DNA from: Chloroflexota bacterium
GTDB taxonomy: Bacteria; Chloroflexota; Chloroflexia; Chloroflexales; Roseiflexaceae
Length of the DNA: 62,062 bases
Direction: 5' to 3'
Assembly (NCBI GenBank): GCA_030550675.1
Contig: JAUQOW010000001.1
Span: forward strand, 1 to 62,062
The notes below the pieces were generated by a model. The model had not been told where the DNA came from and did no database searches. It was given only the letters and a program-made list of their open reading frames with translations. The position numbers and the translations under genes were made by a program. Positions 55,139-62,062 of this stretch are shown in pieces. How positions within the stretch are numbered: position 1 is the stretch's first letter; each line of letters starts with the position of its first letter.

Positions 55139-56068
55139 CTATGGCGATGCCGCCGGTTCTGCTGCTGGCGATGGCGCGGGTTCTTCGGTTGGCGCGCGCT
55201 GAGGCACGGGCGCCCGGTCGCCAAGCACCTCACTCGACGGAATGCTCAACATCGGCAACAGACTGTTCTCGCCGCCGACAAAGCGCGGCATCACGCCATC
55301 CCAGCGCTCGATGAAGCGCAGTTGCAACAGTTCTGGCGAAATCACTTCGCGCTGCAGGCGCAATGCCTCAGCTTCGGCGCGCGCAATTTCCAGCCGCGCC
55401 CGCGCCTCGGCTTCGGCGCGCGCAACCTGCTGCTGCGCCTCGATGCGCGCTCGCTCCAGTTCGCGCGCCGCACGCAGCGCGTCCTGCTCCGCAACCTGCT
55501 TCGCCTCAATGGCGCGTGCAAACTCCGGGCTGAAGTTGAAATCGGTAATCGACACGCTTTCAACGATCACGCCGCGCGGCGTCAACCGTTCACTCAATCC
55601 GCGCTGGATTAGCTCCGATACCTCGGGGCGGCGGGTGATCAACTCTTCGGCCGTGAAGCGCGCCGTCGCCGCCTTGATCGCTTCCTGGATCGCCGGATCG
55701 ACCACGCGCCGCTCATAATCGACGCCGATCTCGCGCACCAACCGGTCCACCTGGCTGGCGTCAGGGCGATAGTTGATCACTACCTGCGTCGTAACCGTCT
55801 GCAAATCGCGCGACGCCGCACTTGAGTTTGACTCATACCGCTGCGTGCGCACCTCGACGATCGTCACCGACGTGATGAATGGCATGCGAAAATGCAACCC
55901 TTCTTCGAGCACGCCGGTGATCTCGCCAAATGTCTTCAACACGCCGCGGGTTCCGGCTTCGATCGTGGTGACCGAGTTGCTGCCGAGGAAAATGCCCACG
56001 ATCACAAGCAAACCCAGCAGGACCAGCATCGATACCGACCGTCCTCGCGCGTCGGGATTCTGAAACAT
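55139..56068 (-). CDS. SPFH/prohibitin family protein
   Basis: N-terminal TM, EGLHFRMPF, SRDLQ, AIEAKQVAEQ coiled coil, ERWDG; alternative start at 56092. Confidence 0.92.
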   Translation of the reverse strand: MFQNPDARGRSVSMLVLLGLLVIVGIFLGSNSVTTIEAGTRGVLKTFGEITGVLEEGLHFRMPFITSVTIVEVRTQRYESNSSAASRDLQTVTTQVVINYRPDASQVDRLVREIGVDYERRVVDPAIQEAIKAATARFTAEELITRRPEVSELIQRGLSERLTPRGVIVESVSITDFNFSPEFARAIEAKQVAEQDALRAARELERARIEAQQQVARAEAEARARLEIARAEAEALRLQREVISPELLQLRFIERWDGVMPRFVGGENSLLPMLSIPSSEVLGDRAPVPQRAPTEEPAPSPAAEPAASP

Positions 56069-56136
56069 CCTTCCTTCCTGTCCCTGATTCATTGCAAACC
56101 TCTTTCTGTACAACTCGCTCTCGCTCTATATGACAA

Positions 56137-56168
56137 AGAAACCCGGAGAGAAACCCTCCGGGCTTCTA
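56137..56168 (-). terminator. Probable terminator after the M4 protease gene
   Basis: agaaacccggag...ctccgggcttct stem followed by a T-rich tail on the minus strand. Confidence 0.55.
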
Positions 56169-56247
56169 TCCGCAGCATCACCATTGTTCTGCTACAGTAT
56201 ACCTTATTCTGATGCTGCGCGGATGGAAAGAGCAAGCAACGGATCTG

Positions 56248-59200
56248 CTAGCGTGATCGCGTTACCTCTACTGGAAACTCGAAAAGATCCGCAGACGCTG
56301 GCTCAACCGAACTCGTCGCCGGGCATGATGCGCCTGCCGGACACCAGCGCAACTCGACATTGTCGACGTAGACCCCTTCTGAGCGGGTAATGTTCCCGTC
56401 GCTGACGAACCAGAGCTCCACCCACACCTGGGGACGCCCGATCAGGTTGCCGAGGCGATAGACATTCGACAGATCGAACCTGCGGTCAGCCCAGCCGTTC
56501 GAATTGCCCGACCAGCATGTGCCATACCAATCTATGGCATTGACCGAAGCCAGAGCGCACACACGATCATAATTCAACTCTGTATTCATCCAGAGTTTGA
56601 AACGGAGTTCCGCAGCGCTGGCGTTGACCAGACTGAACGGACCGAAGTCTATCGACGAATTGGCATTGTTCGGATAGCTGGCGCCGCATGGAAGAGCTCT
56701 GCCATTTTCGCCGCCGCCAACCGCCCATCCGCTGAAGCCGCCCTCGAATGCGCGGCAACTGCGGCGCGCCCAGAAGTATTCGCCATCTACCGCTCCATCA
56801 TCATCGTAGACTCGCCAGGGTCCCGGAAAGTCGTTCTCGAACGTTGTGTATACCAACTGCTGCCAGCCGGATGGCACTGGCCGCATCACCAGCGGGAGAT
56901 GGACATTGCGTGAGGAGGGCGTGGGCGTCGGAGGGGGTGTTGGGGACGGTATCGGCGTCGACGTCGGGAGAGGCGTCGGGGACGGTGTCGGCGTCGACGT
57001 CGGGAGGGGTGTCGGGGATGGTGTCGGCGTCGACGTCGGTGCGCTCGTCGAGCAGGTATAGATGCGAATGTCGTCGATGAACCAGCCATAATCATCGAAA
57101 CTGCTATCGGTTCCTATGCGGAAGCGGAAGCGCACGTTTCTCCCCGCCAGCGATTGGAGGTTGAGACGGCTGGAGATGTATCCGTTGCTTTCGCCGCCGA
57201 ACGCCCGACGACCGCCGAGCGGATTGCCGTAGCCGGATGATAGCGTGCCGTTATATCCGTTATTGATGAACAGCGACCCGGCATCATTCCAGTTGACGCC
57301 GCCGTCGGTGCTGTACTCCACCACGCCTCCGTCGTACATCGACGCACCGGTAGAGCTATCTTCGAATCCATACGCATGCCGGAAGTGCATGTAGGCGCCG
57401 TTCGGCAGCGCAACATCCGAGGTCATGCGGATGAAATAATCTCCCCGCTCTGGCTGATTATATCCCCACATGTTATACTGTCCGCTGGTGGCGTAGGCGG
57501 CATCGAAACCGTAAGGATTCGGGTTTTGCGGATAATACCAGGCATTGGCCCCCACAAGAGCGCCGGTCGTCCAGCGACCGCTGGCAGGGTTCTCCAGATC
57601 ATCGAAGAACAGATGATTGGGCGTTCCCGTGTCGCAGACCGGCGCCTCCGGCGCGGCGCATACAGAAGGCTGCCGGTTCATTTCGACAGCATCGATAGCA
57701 TTTTTGACCTGCTGGCAATCAGCCGCAGTAATGCCGTTCGTCCCGATCAGGTTGGTGCAGGCTTGCTGCAACGCATTATACAGATCCTGATAGTCGCTGG
57801 CTGATGTCAGCAGGCGCGTCTGCACCTCATAGAAAATGCTGGCGACTTTCGGAATGCCGAGACCGGTCACCGTCTTGCCGTTGAAAGTCCCGCCGTCCAC
57901 CATCAGGAACGCCGCCTTGTTGCCAACGCCGCTGTTCACGTGCACGCCGCCGTTGTCCTCTTCATTGCACCAGTAGCGATCACTGGTCATTCGATCAGGA
58001 TCGCCATAGGCAGGCGGATTGCTCATACTACGGATGGCGCCGCCGGGAATATCTTCGCCCACCAACCAGCGAACGCTGGACGAGTCGTTCCCTTTGCCGT
58101 TGGTCAGATCAACAAACTCGCCCCAGATATCGGAGAACGCCTCGTTGATAGCGCCCGACTGGTAGTAGTAGAACAGGCGCGACGTGCGACCCGTGACACC
58201 GTGGGTCATTTCATGCGCCACAACGTCATCCGCCACGAATCCCTGCCCGTACACCATTTGCTGACCGTTCCAGAACGCATTCCGGTAGGGGCATGGATCG
58301 GAAGAACGGGTCGAACAGTATCGCGTTGTCGAAATGAGCGCCATACCAGCATTATCGATGCTGTCCCGCCGATGCCGCGACCAGTAGAAGTCATAGGTGT
58401 CGCCGGTGTAATCATATGCTCGATCAACATCAAGAATGCCGCTCGCTGCGCTTCCCTCGGTGCGTCGCAAATTTGCAGGGTTCTGCAAAGTATTGCTCCG
58501 CACATTGTTGTTATCATACACCGAGCGGTTTCGCGCAGCATCGATTTGATTGAAGTGCAGCGCGATACCGCCCGTATGCGCATCGACCAGCACAAGTTCG
58601 CGGATCGGCAGCAACTCAACCGGCGTCACGTCAAGGCGCCACACCAGGCGATTCAGGCGCGGACCCGGTCCGCCCAGGATCGCGGGATTGTAAATCCACA
58701 ACTCCGGCTCGCTCGTCGTCAACTCATCGACGCTCAGTTCGTAACCTTTGGCGACCTTCGTCAACGCCTTTTGTCGAGCAGCCTCAGCATCGACCGTCGG
58801 CGTCGTATTCAGCTTCACGTCGGGCAATATTTCGCCATTGACCGACAAAATATACTGGCTGGCGTCCGACTGCACGATAATCTCGCCTCCCAGAATTGGA
58901 ACGCCCTGGTATACCTGCTGGAAACGAACAAATGATCGTCCGCGCTCCTCGGTCTCGCTGGTCATGACGGTCAATTCGCTCGCCTGATCGCGCAGCCCGA
59001 ACAACGAGCCGCACGCTGAGAGATAGGCGCGCGCTGTCGCTTCTGGCGTTCCTTCTGCGGGGAGCGCGCCCGGCAACCGGATTGGTTTATCCGCCTCCGC
59101 GCCGACAAAGTTAATGCGACCGGTTTCTTTATGCGCGTTGATAGTTGCATGACCATTTCCGAGGCATGTCATCCGCAATGCGTCCTGCGGAACCGACGCT

Positions 59201-59316
59201 AGAGGCGCTGAGGCATTAGCGGGCAACCTGCCGAGGGACGTCAGGAGAATCAGGGCGGCAAGCACAGGTGCAAGGCGAATCGCAACGCGTTTCCAGGGCA
59301 TCATGTCCTTCAGCAT
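56248..59316 (-). CDS. Secreted M4 (thermolysin-like) metallopeptidase with propeptide and C-terminal beta-domains
   Basis: Signal peptide, FTP/PepSY-like propeptide, [28 protein letters not shown]; PT linker. Confidence 0.95.
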   Translation of the reverse strand: MLKDMMPWKRVAIRLAPVLAALILLTSLGRLPANASAPLASVPQDALRMTCLGNGHATINAHKETGRINFVGAEADKPIRLPGALPAEGTPEATARAYLSACGSLFGLRDQASELTVMTSETEERGRSFVRFQQVYQGVPILGGEIIVQSDASQYILSVNGEILPDVKLNTTPTVDAEAARQKALTKVAKGYELSVDELTTSEPELWIYNPAILGGPGPRLNRLVWRLDVTPVELLPIRELVLVDAHTGGIALHFNQIDAARNRSVYDNNNVRSNTLQNPANLRRTEGSAASGILDVDRAYDYTGDTYDFYWSRHRRDSIDNAGMALISTTRYCSTRSSDPCPYRNAFWNGQQMVYGQGFVADDVVAHEMTHGVTGRTSRLFYYYQSGAINEAFSDIWGEFVDLTNGKGNDSSSVRWLVGEDIPGGAIRSMSNPPAYGDPDRMTSDRYWCNEEDNGGVHVNSGVGNKAAFLMVDGGTFNGKTVTGLGIPKVASIFYEVQTRLLTSASDYQDLYNALQQACTNLIGTNGITAADCQQVKNAIDAVEMNRQPSVCAAPEAPVCDTGTPNHLFFDDLENPASGRWTTGALVGANAWYYPQNPNPYGFDAAYATSGQYNMWGYNQPERGDYFIRMTSDVALPNGAYMHFRHAYGFEDSSTGASMYDGGVVEYSTDGGVNWNDAGSLFINNGYNGTLSSGYGNPLGGRRAFGGESNGYISSRLNLQSLAGRNVRFRFRIGTDSSFDDYGWFIDDIRIYTCSTSAPTSTPTPSPTPLPTSTPTPSPTPLPTSTPIPSPTPPPTPTPSSRNVHLPLVMRPVPSGWQQLVYTTFENDFPGPWRVYDDDGAVDGEYFWARRSCRAFEGGFSGWAVGGGENGRALPCGASYPNNANSSIDFGPFSLVNASAAELRFKLWMNTELNYDRVCALASVNAIDWYGTCWSGNSNGWADRRFDLSNVYRLGNLIGRPQVWVELWFVSDGNITRSEGVYVDNVELRWCPAGASCPATSSVEPASADLFEFPVEVTRSR
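56915..57040 (-). repeat. 36-bp coding tandem repeat ([12 protein letters not shown] linker)
   Basis: About three copies of ggggacggtgtcggcgtcgacgtcgggag... Confidence 0.85.
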
Positions 59317-59365
59317 ACCGACATCCTCCCTTGTCAGGACAATTGTGTGAATAACCGATACGAAG

Positions 59366-59924
59366 CTACTGACCCTCGCTGAGCGCCGTTTCCTGCAACG
59401 CCGCCAGTTTATTGATCAGCGGCGACAGAACTGATTGATCAAGGTTGAGGTCGGTCAACTCCGCCGTTACCGTTTCGTTACCCCGATAAATAGTGACTTC
59501 GTAACGCAGACAATCGCGACAATCGGAAAAACGAGGCAACGGCGGCGTCGGTTGAGCGTTCATTACCCATGTACGGATCTCTTCGAGATCCGTTACGGAT
59601 ATCTGAATCGCTGATTGTCTCCTGGTTCGCTGATCTAAAGCACGCAACAATCCATCATCGGATAGTTCGACTGATCGAATAATCCCCGCAAAACCGCCAG
59701 ACATCTTGAAACGTATGCGCCAGGTTGCGGATTGTTCAGGAGAAGGCGGCAGAGACGGTATTGCAGTGGAGAGCGGCGTGGATGTAACTGAAGTGGTTGG
59801 CAATTGGAGATAACGATAGAGCAGCGCCGGGAGCAGCGGTCAGTTGAGGCGATGTGGCGGACTCTTCAGTGCACGCTATCAGAGCGATTATTAAGACAAA
59901 GATAAGAAAGTGTTTTTGACTCAT
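59366..59924 (-). pseudogene. Frameshifted lipoprotein with an emfourin (protealysin inhibitor)-like domain
   Basis: The 5' ORF has the lipoprotein signal MSQKHFLIFVLIIALIAC; the 3' ORF in another frame has FKMSGGFAG...D..RYEVTI; removing one base near 59804 joins them. Confidence 0.7.
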
Positions 59925-60255
59925 AAATAACCTTTATCCCCTGAGAATTCTAGAACGCGGAAATATTGCTACACGCAGTGAAACTATAGATCAATCGCAC
60001 GGAACACGGTATTGAGAAATCGCCGTAATTTATAGACTCCACGCAACACATAACTCTTAATAATTTAACTGGGATTTGACATGCCGACCATCCCACAACA
60101 TTCACCCTGCGCAGCGTCACTGAGATCAGCCTGTAATCAAGACCTCTTCCCGTCCACCGCGCCGCTCGTCTATAGTTCGACAGAGATTGGGGTCAGGAGA
60201 GCGACGCCGACGATTGTCGGATTCGCCTGATACGATCGTTCACGAGAGGAGATTC

Positions 60256-61980
60256 ATGCGTATCCTGCTGATCATGATTTCGCTGACTGTCTTTCTAGTC
60301 CTTCTGCCAGCGCCAGCGCGCGCCGCGAGCGTCGTCGGCGACGGAACGCCAGGAAGCTGCACGCGCGACGCACTGGCAGCGGCGCTGGCGAGCGGCGGCG
60401 AGATCCGCTTCAACTGCGGCGGCGCGCCCGTAACAATTCCGGTCGCAGCGACGCTCGACATCCGCGTTGCGGCGATCCTCGATGGCGGCGGATTAGTTAC
60501 CCTTGATGGGCAGGGAACCACGCGCATTATGTACATCAACAAACTCGGCGCTGGCACAACATTGACTCTCCGCAACATCAGGCTGGTTAATGGAAGATCA
60601 AGCGGCTTCGAGCCATCGTTTGGCGGTTGCATCTATTCCCGCCAGAGCGCCGTCGAGCTCGACAACGTCGTGTTCAACGGCTGTCGCGCAGGGAATGGCG
60701 CGGCGCTCTATGTGTATGGCGGTATGCTGACGGTTGATAGGAGCACATTCGACAGAAATCAGGCGAGCGATGGCGGCGCCATCTATGCGCTCCAGGGAGG
60801 GCGCGTTATTGTACGCAACTCGTCGTTTACCGCCAATACCGTCACTGGCGACGGCGGCGCGCTGTTTATGGACAATTCGCCGCTTGAAGTTTCTAACTCG
60901 CGTTTCGAGGGGAATCAGGCGCAGGGAACGCAACAACGACCGAATGCCGGTCTGGGAGGAGCGATATACGGCAATAATTCCGGCGCCGCTATATTCATTT
61001 CGGAAAGTCAATTTCGCCAAAACTACGCCAAAGTGCAGGGCGGTGCGGTGTTCGCAGACTACAATACAGCCCTCACAATGACAAACAGCAGTTTCACTGG
61101 CAATCGATCCGACTCGCAAGGCGGAGCAGTCGGAACCTGGAAGGCGCAGGCATCACTGTATGCCTGTACGTTTCTTGAGAACGCATCCGGCGGAGGCGGC
61201 GCAGTTTTGAGCGGTGAAGCCACGGTCATGTCCGTCAACCGGAGCGTCTTTATCAGAAACATCGCCAAGCGTGACGGCGGCGCGCTCTACAATTACACCG
61301 GACCGCTGACTGTGATCGACACCCTCTTCGACGCCAACCGCGCCGGAACAGACGGCAAAGGCGACACTCGCGGCGGCGCCATCGTCAATTACCGCGCCCT
61401 CATGACAGTCAACGCCAGCACATTCATCGGCAACATCGTCGAGGGAAGCAACGGATTTGGCGGCGCGATCGGGAACGCAGGCGATGCGACGATTGTCAAC
61501 AGCACCCTGTACGATAACGCGGCGGAATATGGCGGCGCCGTTTACGGAATCCGCGACACGCGCCTGATTAACGCCACTATCGTGCGCAATCGCGGTGTGA
61601 ACGGCGCCAACCTGAACTGGGACCAAACCGCTTCAATGACGCTCAAAAACACCCTGATTGTTCACAGCGGCGGCGGGCGTAGCTGCCGTCGCGCTGTAAC
61701 TGTCAATGAAGGCGGCAATCTGCAGGAGGGCGACTCTAACTGCTTTCCAGGTCAACCAGCAGTGTCGCTGAGTCTCGGCGCGCCAGCAATGCACGGCGGT
61801 CCCACGCCGACCATCGCGCTGCCGCCGGGCAGCCCGGCGATCGATGCCGGGCGCGACTGCCCGCCCTATGATCAACGCGGGTTTCCCCGCGTTGGCGCCT
61901 GCGACAGCGGCTCATTCGAGTTCGGCAGCGCTGCGCCCAATCTGCGCGAAGCGGCGTTTCTGCCGCTCATCTCGCGCTGA
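60256..61980 (+). CDS. Secreted right-handed beta-helix protein (polymorphic GGA(I/V/L) repeats, choice-of-anchor Q-like C-terminus)
   Basis: Signal peptide ending ARA, VGDGTPGSCT, many F..N....GGA(I/V/L) repeats, GSPAIDAG..DQRG..CDSGSFE, terminal AFLPLISR. Confidence 0.88.
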   Translation: MRILLIMISLTVFLVLLPAPARAASVVGDGTPGSCTRDALAAALASGGEIRFNCGGAPVTIPVAATLDIRVAAILDGGGLVTLDGQGTTRIMYINKLGAGTTLTLRNIRLVNGRSSGFEPSFGGCIYSRQSAVELDNVVFNGCRAGNGAALYVYGGMLTVDRSTFDRNQASDGGAIYALQGGRVIVRNSSFTANTVTGDGGALFMDNSPLEVSNSRFEGNQAQGTQQRPNAGLGGAIYGNNSGAAIFISESQFRQNYAKVQGGAVFADYNTALTMTNSSFTGNRSDSQGGAVGTWKAQASLYACTFLENASGGGGAVLSGEATVMSVNRSVFIRNIAKRDGGALYNYTGPLTVIDTLFDANRAGTDGKGDTRGGAIVNYRALMTVNASTFIGNIVEGSNGFGGAIGNAGDATIVNSTLYDNAAEYGGAVYGIRDTRLINATIVRNRGVNGANLNWDQTASMTLKNTLIVHSGGGRSCRRAVTVNEGGNLQEGDSNCFPGQPAVSLSLGAPAMHGGPTPTIALPPGSPAIDAGRDCPPYDQRGFPRVGACDSGSFEFGSAAPNLREAAFLPLISR

Positions 61981-61993
61981 GGCGACCGTTGTT

Positions 61994-62062
61994 TCACTCG
62001 CGCTGCTTCTCCGCGTCGCGCGTCTGCGCAGCGCGCGACTGATCGACAGCCGCCTTCGTTGT
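61994..62062 (-). CDS. Possible 3' end of a gene continuing beyond the window
   Basis: Open frame TTKAAVDQSRAAQTRDAEKQRE* converging on the previous gene. Confidence 0.35.
   Translation of the reverse strand, partial: TTKAAVDQSRAAQTRDAEKQRE

Overview
GC-rich bacterial chromosomal window. It is inferred to come from a Chloroflexota (Roseiflexus-like) genome, based on gene content, repeat families and C-terminal LPL(V/I)xR motifs. Most of it is housekeeping and metabolic: SufT, ArsA/Get3-like ATPase, S8 protease, tandem-domain ThyX, lactate permease, sugar ABC transporter, two GT4s, sortase, recA-recX, pyrG, ppc, malQ, tRNA-Pro(TGG), an RpoD-family sigma factor, uvrC, ilvD, rpiA, SCO, a DUF1998 helicase, an M4 protease and a beta-helix surface protein. 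I found no intact transposase, integrase, prophage or CRISPR array. Most notable: (1) a translationally coupled trio of metallophosphoesterase, ParB/Srx-like (DUF4032) protein and orphan R-M target-recognition domain, next to decayed TA and DUF6508 genes; (2) small intergenic MITE/REP elements whose 11-nt hairpin loop occurs in both orientations; (3) a frameshifted lipoprotein emfourin-like inhibitor upstream of a secreted M4 protease; (4) a stand-alone protein with four MshEN-like motifs; (5) a recurrent LPL(V/I)xR motif on exported proteins; (6) structured leaders before pyrG and the sigma gene; (7) a CGAAT repeat array upstream of thyX. All family calls come from motif recognition by eye; no database searches were run.
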